Counted from the stretch's first letter, positions 11,665 to 25,307 are shown. The stretch is DNA of 64,000 bases from Lobosporangium transversale (GCF_002105155.1 NW_019029008.1:62001-126000), one strand, 5' to 3'. Made by a program: numbers and translations. Notes: generated from the letters alone by a model not told the origin.

Positions 11665-12836
11665 GAAAGAGTTAGACATTTTCGAATTTGCCAATATAAA
11701 ATCAAAAAAAAAAAAAAAAACATACGACGCGAACGGAGGCACCAAAGGACTTGGCAGGCAAGTTGTGGCGGAAACGGGCCTTGACAACACCAGAACCACC
11801 GTGGGCACGAGTGACACGTCCCCAGATGCAGCGAATCTTGGAGCCGTTGACCTCGCGCTTGGCACGGTAGACAAAGGCGACACGCTTGCCGAGATAGAAA
11901 TCCGTATCAGCAGCAGTCTTCACACCCTCGATCTGGATGAGCGAAATATCGGGGCGCTGGTTGCGCTTAGCGCGCTTGAATCCAAGAACACGACCTTTAG
12001 CGTAAAGACTAGGGAGGAAAAAGAGTTGGAGGTGGAGCCGGGATGGTTAGAATGAATATTTTTGTTTTTTTCTTTCTTTTCTCTCTTTAGAATAAAGAAA
12101 AAGGCGGAAGAGTAGCTCCTGTTATAACGTCCTTGGACTCAACATTCCTGAACTGTGTTACAATATTATGAGTGTGAAGTCCATGTACTTTGAGTGAACT
12201 GCCATTGTGCTGCTCATCGTTCCTGTAAAAAAAAAAAAAAAAAAACGGCAATCATTCTTTGGATGCGACCTGAATATATGAATGACACCGTAGAAGCTGC
12301 TTTCGATGACAAGTCTTGCTTTGCTGTTATCCTTTTTTTTTTTTTTTCTCCCTCCAGCACGAAGAATGAGAAAAAGAAAAAAAAATTCCTGTAATCCACG
12401 ATGAATAGTTCTTTTTTCTTTTTGCCTGCAGCCGTAATAAGTGGTAGATCAAAATCGCTCATGAAAGTAAGTCCAAGCATAGTTGAATTGCTTGAAAAAG
12501 ATTATTCCTTTGTTGCGCTGATTGAGATGATTTTTTGCTGGGGATCCTGTTTTAGATAATCTGACATCCATTTGTTTTACAGTTATCATTAGTGAATTGA
12601 TGTCGATTGTTGAAAGAGGAAATCCTGATCTGATGAATTTAAAAAAATCAATCTTTGATACGAATCTTTCGATGGGTAAAATTAAAATAAAAGGGTCCCG
12701 AAATCCTTAATAATTCATAACGTTGATTCTTTGATAGATCCCAAAGTTAAATGCGATAGATAAATGGATGGATTGATAAAGCCTTGTTAATATTTTTTTG
12801 GATGGATGTAACTCTGTCCATCACATACCGACTCAT
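11458..12836 (-). CDS. RPL33: 60S ribosomal protein eL33 (L33/L35a)
   Basis: Exons 12836-12829, 12008-11726, 11605-11589, 11464-11458: [20 protein letters not shown]...[14 protein letters not shown]...[23 protein letters not shown]...MMYPSRV*. Confidence 0.95.
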
Positions 12837-13081
12837 TGTTTCTGACTAAAATTTGGAGAAGGGAGTGAACTCGTGTGAGGCCAATGGGACAGTCTTATTC
12901 CCCACTTCACTTTCTCCATGCAAAATGACCCAGAGATCTTTGATACGCTGGAAATTTTTAAGGGGTGTAACGTGCCCACGTTTACAACATTAGACATCTT
13001 CATGAGCTTTACAAAGCCCAGCTTTTAATTTTATAATCATAGTCTTTGCGTGTAACACGCCCTAAAGCCCTAAAGAGAATT

Positions 13082-14218
13082 TCATTTTCTATTCTTCAAG
13101 AATGAACTTGCTAGATCACCTAAGGCTCCAAGGGCTTGTTTCGTATTTTTGTCTCCACCTTCTGAATTCTGTTGGCTATTGTTATTATCGCTATTTTTCT
13201 TTAAGAATGAGTTCATGACACCTCCTAGAATAGCACCAGCACCACTACCGCCTTGACCGCCAGCTCCTGTTAGCATGGCTAGCACGGTTTGCTTGATGTA
13301 TTCAGGGGAGAAAACTTTGGTACGGAGGTCATTTTCTAGCGTCTCTGCCTGAAAAAGTGGATAAATCAAAAAGGAGTGAGTATCTCAGAAACCCCTCGGA
13401 ATAAGTTTGCCCATTAAATCAGTTTTTTTTTTTAGTATCGCTGAATAACATACCATCTGGGCCTCAAATTTTTGTAAATAAGGCTGGAGCAAAAGCAAGA
13501 TCTTGGGCGCTAGCAAATTTTGTAGCAATTGTTGGATGCGGCCCGTATGACCACCTGTCCTTTGGATATCCTCTTCGGTACCTCCATCGTTGGGAGGTGT
13601 AGTATTTCCTGGCGCATTGTTACTACCCATAAACTTGGACATAAGGCCTGCAGCCATACCCAAAGCCCCATTGGCTGTACTATTCTCATCAATCAACTGT
13701 TGAATCACTCCGCCGATGGCAGCAGGGATAGAGGAGGATAACTTGTTGCCCATGTTATCACTCACTTGTTTAATCACAGGTTTCGAGGCTGCCATGGTTG
13801 TATTCACCATGCCTTCTTTACCAGACTTTAAAAAAGCAAAGTTGAGTCCTCCAACATCTTGACCTTGACCTTCAGCACCTTCGGGTGCGTTCTTGCTGAG
13901 AACACTTTTAGCAATACTGAGGACTCCATTGGTCAAAAGAGTATCCATGCCCTCACTTGCAGTATCGACAGTTGTATCAGTTACAGAGCGAAGACGATTC
14001 GGAAAGTTAGGGCCCAGTTTGGAAAGGATCTGAGAGACCATAGAGTTCCCACCTTCATTATTGCCATCATTCCCAGAGAGGAAGTTGATAATCGTATTAG
14101 GAAGATCGTTCTTGAGATCGGTTCTGGTGCTGTTGAGTTGCTCTGTAACCTTCTCCTGAACATGTGGGCGAGCCTGCTGCTCCACAAAGTTCATAAGTAA
14201 TGGAACAAGTTGGCTCAT
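13082..14218 (-). CDS. Uncharacterised Gly/Asn-rich helical protein (~343 aa)
   Basis: Exons 14218-13454 and 13348-13082 joined in phase by a GTATGT...CAG intron; no recognisable domain. Confidence 0.8.
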
Positions 14219-14564
14219 TGTTGAAAGTTATGAAAACAAAAACAAAAAAAAACACAGGAAGTGGATGAGAGAGGAGTTTATTTAGTAAGTAAAGATAAGG
14301 AGGAGTGAAGAGGATGGGCAAAAAAAAAAAAAAAAAGGTTTCAAATGGCGCGTAATGTAAGACAAAGCCAAACACAGCACAAAAAATGCGCCTGATGTAA
14401 TAATAATAATTTGTGGAACATGCCAGAGCACAGCCACGAGAAAGGTGTCAGTAGTTCAATGCACCAATCTGGCATAGCTGGTAGCTCCTCACGTGTCACA
14501 AGAGGTCTTATAAATACTTCCTCTTGAAAATCCTACCTTGCGATTTTCTTTGCTGCTAAAGCTT

Positions 14565-15710
14565 ATGCAGAAGGATGGCCAGTGCTCTACGTAGATCGGC
14601 CATCTTAAGGATGCAATCAAGAAAGCATGTGAGCCAGACCTTGATCACCTTTCTGCTAAAGAGCTCAATCTTTACCGCGTCGCTATTCCAATGGATGTTG
14701 ATGACGACGAGACAGAGGACAAACCAATTTTGTTAGAGGAGCACAAGGCAAATGCAGTGAAAATAACCTCGAGGCAGGCAACAAGTGAGATCTCCGAGAT
14801 CTTTGGAACGGCACCACCAAAGAAAACCATCCATGCCATTGTTCAGCGGCCATCAGCAGGTAAGGAATTAGCTGTTTGTTCTCTCTTTTCTAGAATTTTG
14901 TGATAGCATTGATTGTTACAATCTGCGCATGACATCATTGATGGTTGTGGGTGGGGCCTCTTTCTCAAACAAGCTTTCCATCTCTTGCAACAGCTCATTC
15001 TCACGCACACGCACTTATTTATTTTTATTGTTACATTTATTATGAGAATAGATTTCTCCGTCTCAGCGCCGGGTAAAGACTCAAATGCAGGGCTAATAAA
15101 TAGCCTAATTAGGCTTTTCTCAAAAGGTCACTCAGTGATTCTTGCACTGATGTAGATTGAGCCTATTTCTCAATCAAGCTCTTTTCCTACTCCTCTTTTT
15201 TTTTTTTTTTTTTTTTTTTTGAAGCTTTATTTGCCACAGGACCAGGTAATGGATCATGGCTATTGTGTAAATTTTAGGATTGCTCGAGTTGGGTGAATTG
15301 TGTAGTCTAATAATTTGGCTTCAGCATTAACCCAAGGGATATATTCTGGAGAACGTGAGGAAGGCCCCGACTCTTTTGTTGTTATATCCAAAAACCGTCG
15401 TCAGGGCATTGCCCAATACATATTGGACCGAGGAGTCACTCTTCTTCGTAGCCCACCGTATTCTGGTAAGACATCTCTGGGGTATTCTTTGCGAGACTAC
15501 TTCATTGCACGCAGCCTAAATGGCATATATTTTACTTTTTGTGCTGAGCATGCCTCGGTAACCAGTGAAGACTTTCAGAGATCTTGGCGGTTTCAGCATG
15601 GAAGCAAGTGATTCGCAGTGAAAAACTAATCATTATTATTATGGACGAGGCACAAATGGTATATGGGAATCGCATGAAATTCTTTTGGGACGACCTGAAA
15701 TCGTGCAATA
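14565..15710 (+). pseudogene. Crinkler (CRN)-like effector pseudogene with P-loop NTPase fragment
   Basis: IGHLKDAIKK...LNLYRVAIP...ISEIFGTAPPKKTIHAIVQRP (CRN N-terminal header), preceded by an in-frame TAG. Followed by a donor site, RSPPYSGKT (Walker A) and, after a stop/frameshift, IIIIMDEAQ (Walker B). Confidence 0.75.
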
Positions 15711-17894
15711 AAACAACTTGATTTTAGGTTTAGAAGCTCTTTGACGAGGGAGAAGCCGGATTGAAGGCAACTAAAGCTTCCGCTGCTATGACAGAAGTTG
15801 CATACATACCTTGAACCAGGGCATACAAAAAAGGGACGAAAAAATCTTTTTACAGTGCATTCGAATTCTATTCGATTATCGAATAAGGAGAAAAAAAGAG
15901 GCCTTTAAATACGAAGGGTTCCTAACGCCGCTTCACACACTGCAGATGTGAACAATCAGTCAAACTCAAGCAAAGCAATACTTAAAGTGGAAAGCGGTAG
16001 TGATGAAACCATGAATGACACCACTGATCAAACAGTTTCTGCATCATACCTTTAATCATAACGAGCTTGCTTTGTAGTCCATGTAGTGAACAGTACCTGG
16101 GTATGTAGAAGCCATTTTGCCAAGTTGACGTAATGGATATATCGAAGTCCATCCTTCCTTGATGCCTTGCCTAGTATGGGAAAAGAAAGAAAAGGAATCA
16201 ATAGTGGATAATAATGATGCTATCAATTTTCTTCATATCATTACAAGATAAAAGAGATATTTAAAAACATATTCAAGATCTGCAATCTGGCCACATTGCT
16301 CTTGAACTATTCTCTGCATGGTGAGGCAGAAAAGGCTGCCTCTTTATCCTCTTTGGCTATTCTCTCTCTTCATTTCTAACAAGGAGCAGGGCATACTTTT
16401 CTGGGAATGGTGCTGCGGCAGTTCTTAACAGTTCTTTTTTGAGAAAAGTGAAGGCATACAGGTTTGCAATACAATACAATATACAATATGCGACTGAAGA
16501 TTAAGCTGATTCATCAGTTTCTTTGTTTGATGGTGAAGGAAAGTGTTAAAATCCTGCAGATCTTGATGGGATGCTATTGATGTTATTCCCGTAGATTGTT
16601 CACTTTTAATGTTCGTATGTCATATTCTTTCTTTCTTTTTTGCTCACTCTTGAACGCACAAAAAGCAAGAGGTTGGGTTTCACTCACCCTCTTCTCTCTG
16701 CCATCCTGAAAAGCGCCTTCATCCTTTATTCGTGATCGCTTTCGGAAACGAATATTGGATTGCTTTCTCCTTTTCTCTTCTTTTTTACTTCAGGCTCCTC
16801 GACAGACATGAAAAGTAAGCAATGCTTCTCAAGCATTCACTCCTAGACAAGTCCTCACCTCTCTCGCTCTTTGCTGCATTGCTATAGTTCCGACTTTTCT
16901 TTTCCTGCCTGTTGCCTCCCTTCATATCAACCTTAGACTGTAAACAGTACGAACTCCTATCCAGCTGCAGAGCGAGCCCAAAGCAAAATCGAATGATCCA
17001 ATGTATACAACAAATTAGAAAAGAATAAATAAAAAACTTCTAGCCAGAAAAAAAGTACAATTTGTAGAAGGGTCCTCGTCACCGTCATCAAGTAAGCATG
17101 TAGAGTATGTGGCCCTATGCATGACTTTGCTTTGTCTTGCCTTTGCTCGTCCACTATCTATTCTATCATCAGATAGGCCCAGGATACTTACTAACTAATC
17201 TCCTCTCTTCTGCCTTCTTCCCTATAGCTGCAGCAGGCATCACTGGCCTTGAACCCTCAGCGACGATCCTTCCAAAGACTACAATGAGTCTATGGTGTGC
17301 TTATCGGAATAAGGCTGAAATCGGGCCTGTAAGTGTTCTTTTGCTCTTCCTTATAGAGCATACGTTGTGCGCTTTTGCTCTTTGTTGCTGCTTGTATTGA
17401 GGCGCACTTTGCTGTTCCCTGCTGACCAAATATTCTCGCCGAATTTTTCTTTTGTCTTCTTCCCTTAGAGGTCTATTTGCTTGGGTTACAAGCCGTCGGG
17501 TCCTCTGCCGGCCCTTACACCGACCCTCCACCGAACCCTTGAACCCTTGCTACTCCTTGAGGAAAGATCACTGTGGGGATTCTAGAGGATTGCTAGCCTC
17601 TGGGCCTCTTAGCGGAAAAGAACACCCTTTTCTTCTCTTTCTTCTCTTCTCTTCTTCCTCATCGCTCAAAAACTAAGCTTTTTAATTCGTTCACGAATAC
17701 GCGACTATTTCTTTTCCCTCTCTCTTTCTCTTATTCCTCATTAATGCGCAACTCTTCTCTTGCTTCTTCTTCACGAATATGCGACTCTCTTCTTTTCCTT
17801 TTCTCCTCTCTTCTTCACACTGCTCACACACTAAACCTTCCGCTTTCTTTTCTTTCACCAGCTCCCATTCTTGCTTTATCCCTCTCTTTACACA

Positions 17895-18180
17895 ATGGAA
17901 AACTTTAGATTGAGCCCTTTGAAGGCCCCAGAGATCCGTAGCCTGGCCGGGGGCTCCCTGGATAAAGCTGACATTGCAAATTGCATTCGTGTCTCCAAGA
18001 CTTTCCACAACACATCTGTCAACTACAACTGGAGGAAAGTTGTAGTTAGAGCTAACGCGTAGAGTCCTTCGATTGAGGCCCCGCACAATTACAGGGAACT
18101 CATCGAGGAGCTCTACTTTGCCGGAGAGCTCCCTGTAAGTACAGGGGGCTACGGGGCTGTAACCGCCTCAAGCGGATATT
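17895..18180 (+). pseudogene. F-box/LRR-type gene pseudogene (5' fragment)
   Basis: MENFRLSPLKAPEIRSLAGGSLDKADIANCIRVSKTFHNTSVNYNWRKV, then TAG at 18060 and a frameshifted continuation (YRELIEELYF...LRGCNRLKRI). Confidence 0.65.
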
Positions 18181-19244
18181 ATCCCTTGTATCCATCTGAG
18201 CAAGGTAGCAGAACAGATTAAAACAGATAATAAACAATGCTTTGGCTCTAAGAGCAAGTGGCATCTCTAAATGCGCTGCTACCCATGTTGAAGTGTAGAA
18301 GGTAATTCATTGACTAGATGTCAAACAAGCACATTGATGAAACTTTTATGCGCTCCGTAATAGCGATTGGAGTAGTGAAGACGATCGTGATTAAACGGAG
18401 TAAAAAAAAAAAAAAAAAAAAAAGTGCACGACAACATCGTGCATGCCCCTGTATGGCACATACGCCATCCAGGCTTGTAATGAGCTTGGAAGACTTTTTT
18501 TTGTTTTTTTAATGAAACCGCGCAAACTCGCTCGTTGATGCAAGTTGCAAATCTCCTCCATCCCCTGACTTAATCACTTTTGATGTCACATAACCTTCTT
18601 CATTCTAAAGGAAGGATACAAAACTAAAAGGACAGCGCCCGCGCCTGCCTCAGTTAGCTCAAGTTACTTCACTGCGGCTAGCCACCTGTCAACAGAAGGC
18701 ACCACTATGACCACTAAGTTCGAGCTCAGAAGTTCAATGATCTCTTCAAAAAAAAAAAAAAAAAAAAAAAAAAAAACGTTCTGATGAGTCAAGAAAGGGA
18801 ATATGATAGACCTCAATTCCCGTTCCTCCACACAAGGTTATTCTCTAGAAAGCCTCCATCTCTGATGAAAACAAAGTCCTTGATAGTCCATGGGATGCAG
18901 CCACTTGGACCATCATCTTAGAGATGAAAATGTAAATGGTGTTTCAGAGCTATTCAAGAGTACTATCCATGTCTTTCCAAATGCCACAGCAAGGCACGTC
19001 TTAGCCTTCAATGAAATTATGAGAGGGCCATCCATTACATTTGTGCTTGATATGAGCCATCAGTTACCCAAATTAACCTTTTTATAGTTTAGACAAAAAA
19101 AAAAAAAAAAACGCGACGCGTCAGTTTGGAAATCTTTTTTTTTTTTTTTTTTTTGCGTGTCACGAAAGAGGAAAGTTCTCCCCACAATTTTTTTTTTTTT
19201 TTTTTTTTTTCGTTCCCTGTATCTCCGCAAACTTCCTCTTTTCA

Positions 19245-20015
19245 ATGGCAGCTCGCAATTTCATTCAGTCTGGTCGAAAGATCGTTGCCATCGGTCGTAA
19301 TTTCAGTGAACATGCCAAGGAGTTGGGAAATGCAGTTCCAAAAGCTCCCTTCTTCTTTTTGAAGCCCACATCGTCTTACATCTCGAATGGTCAAGCGATC
19401 GAAGTACCCTCGGGATGTGAAGTTCATCATGAGGTCGAATTAGGTGTGGTCATTGGAAAAGACGGTCGTGACATCCCTGCCAAGGATGTGGACCATCATA
19501 TTGCAGGCTACACCTTGGCCTTGGATATGACTGCTCGTAATCTTCAAGAGATTGCAAAGAAACAAGGATTGCCCTGGAGTGCTGCTAAAGGTTATGACAC
19601 CTTTACACCCATTGGTGAATTGATCCCAAAGGAATCTATCCCTGACACCAACAATGTGGATCTCTCGCTCAAGATCGATGGAGTCACTAAACAGAATGGA
19701 AATACTAAGGATATGATCTTCAAGTAAATGATGGAGAAAAGTACAATCTCAAAAAAAAAAGAAAAAAATCTTTCATTGGCTAAAGCAGACACTAATACGA
19801 AAAAACATTGTTTGTATATCTATAGAATCCCTTCGCTAGTTGAATACGTATCCTCGATTATGAAGCTTCAGGAGGGAGATGTAATCTTGACAGGAACCCC
19901 TGCTGGAGTTGGACCCGTTCGACCTGGAGAGACCGTCACTTGCGAGTTAGGAACCAAGGGCAAGATCATCTCTCAGTTGCGTTTCCCCGTGATCGAGCGT
20001 CCCAAGAAGGCTTAA
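19245..20015 (+). CDS. FAHD1: Fumarylacetoacetate hydrolase domain protein (FAHD1/Fmp41-like acylpyruvase)
   Basis: KIVAIGRNF, PFFFLKPTSS, HHEVELGVVIG, ALDMTARN, KGYDTFTP, GDVILTGTPAGVGP; one intron ~19724-19825. Confidence 0.93.
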
Positions 20016-20022
20016 AAAAGAC

Positions 20023-20056
<34 letters not shown>

Positions 20057-20206
20057 ACGGAGGATTGCCAATCATTAGAATAAACTGTAGAGCAGATATA
20101 TATTTTTAGACAAACAGGATCTGTTTATTTTGCTTTTGGCCCTTCTCTATGATAGGTGGTGTTCTATGCTAATTTCTAGATGGGATGTAATCAGAGGTGG
20201 CAGTTA

Positions 20207-20678
20207 TTATGCTACAACAGCTTGAGATGCAGCAGCTCCAGTCTTATAATGTGCTTGACAATAGGGCTTTCCATTTTGGACATAATAAGACGATGAATCA
20301 AACCCGATATGACAAATCTATAACATCATAATGGTCGATTTTATGAAGTGGGTTAATTTAAGAATAACAATATTTCATTAAAAGGAAAGGAGGAATAAAA
20401 AAAAAAAAAAAACGAAAAACTTACAGTGCATCCAAAGCAATCGCGGTGCCATTTGCCCTTTAACGCACTAATAAAGTCGCCTTGAATTGGATCCTGGCAT
20501 CCAGCGCATTTGGGTGCAAATAATCGCAAGTAATCCTTTTCACAATATGGGAAATCATCATGCACCATATATCCGTCCTCTCCAAATGGATCTCCACATT
20601 CGCGACAGAAGAAATGGCCTGGATGCCAGTTCTTGCCCAATGCAGTCAAGCATTCCTAATAGAGACAGAAGCGAAAAC

Positions 20679-20711
<33 letters not shown>

Positions 20712-20743
20712 GAATATCAATGTAAAAATAAAAAACATACGAT

Positions 20744-20776
<33 letters not shown>

Positions 20777-23425
20777 ATTATTACATTTTCAATGGCTGTG
20801 TTGCAATGACCACACTTTGGACTAAATAATTCATGATAGTCCAGATGACAATAAGGCTTTCCGTCCTTCTGGAAAAATTGAACATGCTCCAAGTTGGTAT
20901 TACAAATACAGCAGACAAAATGTTCAGAATGCCATCGCTTGCCCATCGCTGTAATCATCAAGCCAGAAATAGGTTCATCGCAACTCGAACAAATAAATGC
21001 TGTAGTTTGATGGTTTGTTCCTTTGTTGGAGCCAGAACTGCTCTTGCGTGAAGGATCATTTGTCAAAGACGGGGATGGAGACGATCCGGTTCTGCCTACA
21101 GTGTTTTTTGCTGTCTCTATTGCTGCTGCTGCCATTGTCGGCGAAGGTGGCGATGGTGAACAATGTCTTTCCCTCTTTTGATCCTCCATCATAGCCTCAT
21201 GTGAGAAACCGTCTTCCATTGGAGCAGATCTAGGTGTATCCTCATCTATGAGAATGCACTTGCTATCATGGTCTATGTCAAGCTGTGCGTTCGTCAGACT
21301 TGGTGGGGGCGGCGGCAAGGCAACTGCAGGAATGTTTTTAGAACCCTGTTGCTGTTGCTTCTGTTGTTGCTGTATCTGCAGTGGCGATGACGACACTGAA
21401 GGCGGTGTTGGCGTTCGTACACGTGTTGGTGTCGATGCCGCTGTTGTTGCCGTTGTAGTTGTTGGAACCGCGGTCGTTTTTGGCTGACTGGATGAAAGTT
21501 CTTTATTCGAAGGAATAGTAGGCACAGGCTTACGTCGGAAGAATGATGACGTTGGAGGAGTCGTAGTAGTCTTTGCTCCAGTTGTTGTTGTCGTCCCTGC
21601 GTTCGCGCTCTTGGAAGGAGAAGGATTTGCTCGAACGGTGTCCACTGCTTTACGTGTTGTCCATGGATTTGATCCGATTGTCCCCGTCGTCTTTGAATTG
21701 ATTGTTTTGACGTTATTGCTACTGGACAACGTTGCTCTTGCTCCTGAAGATGGAGAGTCGGCACGAACAGTTCCCAAAGGTGGGACAGACCCTCCCTTTG
21801 ATTTAAAAGAACTATTTGAACCCGTGGAAGAGGACGAAGCCTCTGATGGATTAAGATTTGGTCTGAAGATACCATCTGGACTCTTGGCCAATACAGCAGA
21901 GGCAACCGGCGCTGGGGCGATCGTTGGCGATGCGGCACTTTTGGGACGGAATTCACGAGGCGGAGGCAGCGGTACTCGCTCTAACTCACTTCTTTTTTCT
22001 TCCTCTTTCTCATAACCATCATCGTCGTCATTGGTTTCCCGCGGTACGGTGAGCTCTGTAGATGAGGTAGAAGCAGATGTGAACGAGTGAGTCGTCGAGT
22101 CCGAGTCGGATCTTTTGGGTGTTGGAGATCTCTCTACAGGGGAGTGCTCAACAGGTGTGTAAGGTCGTGGCAATGGCTTTTTTGCATTAGCGTTGGTCTT
22201 GGGTGGGGTCCGGGGCGGCGTGGATGAAGCAGAAACGAAACCGGGGATAGGATTAGATTCCTTTTTTTTGGGAGCGTCCCTTGGAGGTGGTTCAGGTGCC
22301 CAATTATCATCATCTGAAGGCTCGTCATCCGCAATCTCTGATTTGGGTGGATTGACGACGGTGTACTTTGGAATATCCATAATTGGAACAATCCGAGGCG
22401 TAATCGTTTTAGGGGGTGTGGATACTGTTTGAGCCAAGTTCGGTGATGAGGATGGTGACGAGGTTGTGGAAATAGGACGATAGCCATGAGCAGCAGCATG
22501 TGTAACATGCTGCTGTCGTAAGTATTCTTGTTGTTGCTGCTGTTGCTGCTGTTGTTGTTGTTGCAGGGTCCTGTACTGCTCCTGACTGAGATGAATAGGA
22601 AACTGTTGTTGTGGCTGCGGTTGATTAAGATAATTTTGTTGGTAGAACTGAGAGGGGATCGGCTGATGTTGGCCATAAACCCCTGGATTTTGATGTGGCG
22701 GTTGTTGTCCCATGGCAAATCCAGGGGCTGCCCAAGTCTGTGCATGCTCGTGTCCTCCTGATCCATGAAATGCACTATATTGCTGTTGCGCATATTGATA
22801 TTGACGCATTGCTTCGTCTGAATCATAGTAGTCATCATCTCTTCCCATGGATTCCAAAATCGGCTCTACCTCACCCATGGATTCCAAAATAGGACTAGGA
22901 GGTCGCTGTGTGTTATTGTTCTTATTGGGAGCTCCAGGCATAGAGGACAGGCTTAGGTTCTTGACAGCAGAATCCAGTTGTCCATTTGTAGGGGTGACGG
23001 GTGAAGGGAGAGCTGTAGAGTAGGAGGATTGCTGCTGTTGAGTTTTGGGAAGTGAGGAAGAATGTTGGTTATGGTAGTGGTTATGGGCTGGATTGTATTG
23101 ATTGTGGTTTGAAGTAGTAACATTGGCATTAGGGCCGTCTTGGAATATCTTTTGGCTGCTCGCTTTCATGCCAAAGGTCGGTGGACGAGGTCCAGTGAGG
23201 GTGGAACGAGTCTTTGTAGTGCCATTGTTGTTTAAACTGCCAGGTCCTGTTGAGTGACCATTGACCTTTTGCAGGTATAGATCTATCAATGGAAAACAAT
23301 GCAGAGAAAGTGGAAGAACAGTGAGTTGATGGTTTGCTCGGGCTCAATTTTCGCGTAAGGCAAATAAAATGTATTTCGTTTCTGAATAAAAACATACTAA
23401 GCTGGTCTTTGGTAATGTATGCCAT
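20207..23425 (-). CDS. Paxillin-like protein: long Pro/Ser/Thr/Gln-rich N-terminus and three C-terminal LIM domains
   Basis: Short first exon MAYITKDQL (ATG 23425), a large exon, then three LIM domains (CSSC..WHSEHFVCCIC..CHLD; CGHC..WHPGHFFCREC..CEKD; CAGC..WHRDCFGC..CQAH); stop at 20207. Confidence 0.9.
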
Positions 23426-23956
23426 AGGTCTAAGAAGCTTGTATGATTAAAAGGCAGCAACAACGATACGACGGTGCTTAGAGGAGAGGGGAAGAGTTGG
23501 CTGTATAAGAGGAAGGTAAGAAAGAAGGAAAGAAAGAAGGAAAGAGGTGAATGTAAAGTACAAATGAGAGAATGAGCAAGTAATGAACAATGAATGAACA
23601 AAAGAAGAAAGAAAAATTGACTGTGGTGTGTTTTTAGTTATACTTCATGGGCTTAATTATGATTCAGGGCGCAAACACAATGGGTCAATGGTCAGGCACA
23701 TGTAGAAATAGGGGGTTGTTAAAGTGTAATATCGGTGGCAGGTTATAACGTCATCCTGACGCCTATCACAACCCTGTTCCCGTCCTTTCACTTCATCCCC
23801 CGGCCTTTCTCCCATCCCTCTTGTCTCTATCAACTCAATCCCAGTTCCCCTTCCTCAATGTGGTTAACAACGCATGCTAGGCTTACACAAAGAGGGGAGA
23901 CAGATCGCTCTTGATATCGGCAATTGCATTATTACAACCTTTCTTTGCTTTGACAC

Positions 23957-24290
23957 TTGATATCAAAATTATAGAACTGACAACTACGCACGTTTTGTCC
24001 GAGATGAAGACCATTGAATGTAGACCCAAAACCTTGCTCATAGTTGGATCACATCCTCAAAACTTGGATATGTCTTTCCTAAGAGGCTACAACGTTCCTG
24101 GTCTCGGACACGAATTAGTCTGTCTTGTTACTGGTGGAAATGAGCCGGCCGGGAAGCTTGTCCTCGGGAAGCTGTCTAGATCTGACGACATGCAGTCCAT
24201 TCGATTTGAATACAAGTGTGTAGCAAATCCTATAATCATTTAGGTTGAATCTTCTTTTGGGTGCATATAGACATTATCGTCATAGTTTCC
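23957..24290 (-). mobile_element. Highly degenerate relic resembling Mortierellaceae Fanzor/TnpB-like transposon protein
   Basis: One frame with stops reads LVFKSNGLHVVRSRQLPEDKLPGRLISTSNKTD*FVSETRNVV...GLHLGQ...FYNFDIK. This resembles, from memory, the segment leading into the RuvC-I GxDxG motif of that family. Confidence 0.4.
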
Positions 24291-25307
24291 TGCCTTGGTA
24301 AAGATCAGATATTCATTCGAAAAGCTGTTTTATTTATTTTTTCATGGGTTCAGACATCCTTCCCAAGCGTAAACCTCACTCATTCTTGCATCTCTTGCAA
24401 CAAAATCTGGAACATTAAACGTGCATATGCCACAGCGTAGGATAAGCGTTATTTAAAATGGAACTGGCTCCAGGAATTCGGTTCTGGTCCTGCAACCTTG
24501 ATATTTAGGATGTTTATCTATTTATTGACTAAAATTGTTGTTTTCTGCGAGGGGACTGAAACTTAACCGGTTGGCGTGGTATGGGGAGGCAAAAGTTCAT
24601 TAATACTATGGTTCTAGTTGGTCCACTTCGTCAATGGCCTCCATGTCGTCCGCTATAACCTTCACCGAAGCTCAATGAACGGGTAGAGAAAGTTAAATCG
24701 TCCTTCTTTGAGGAGCGTAGTGGTGTCACTAGGCTTCTTCTATATAGTTGAGTAGGTCTAAAACCGCAAAAGTACATGTAGGGCATTCGAGTAGAGCGTG
24801 TAGAATGCATTAAAAAGAAAAATGGGGAATCATAAGAAATAAGGGGAAATCATACCATGTAAGGCAAAAAGCCCCAGCTGAGGCTCAAGGGTCTCCATCT
24901 CTATCTAGCACAAAGCTGAGGTGGGGCTTTATAGCCAGGTTTTTGAGATGTCCTTATTTATTTTGCAAATGTTAAAATCTGAAATCCAGAAATGTCTAGG
25001 TTCAATAATCACACAAATATGCTGCGGGGCTGCGGGGGGCTTGGCCGCCTTGTTGGTGATTTGTCCAGAGACTCGAACTTGTAGCATAAAAAACCGGCAA
25101 CTGAACCCTATTACTTGCGAGTTGAGCTTATAAAAAGATCAATGCTGAATCCCTTAACTCTTTATTTGTATTGTCATAACGGATCTTTCTTTCCTTTCAT
25201 TCTTGCTTTACTTCCTACTGTGTGAAAGGCTGATCTGTCCTTTTACTCCTGATACCCGTACGCCCCATCTTTTCTACTTCATATACATCATTTTTCTAAC
25301 AATAAAA

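Noticed and set aside
15720..17690. Exon-like pieces and short ORFs
   Set aside because: No coherent gene model or recognisable domain.
18781..18800. CTGATGAG as a hammerhead ribozyme core (also at ~34113)
   Set aside because: No stem II followed by GAAA and no flanking stems.
18860..19030. Possible Rna14/CstF77-like gene fragment (PWDAATWTII...VFPNATARH)
   Set aside because: Too short and disrupted to support without a search.
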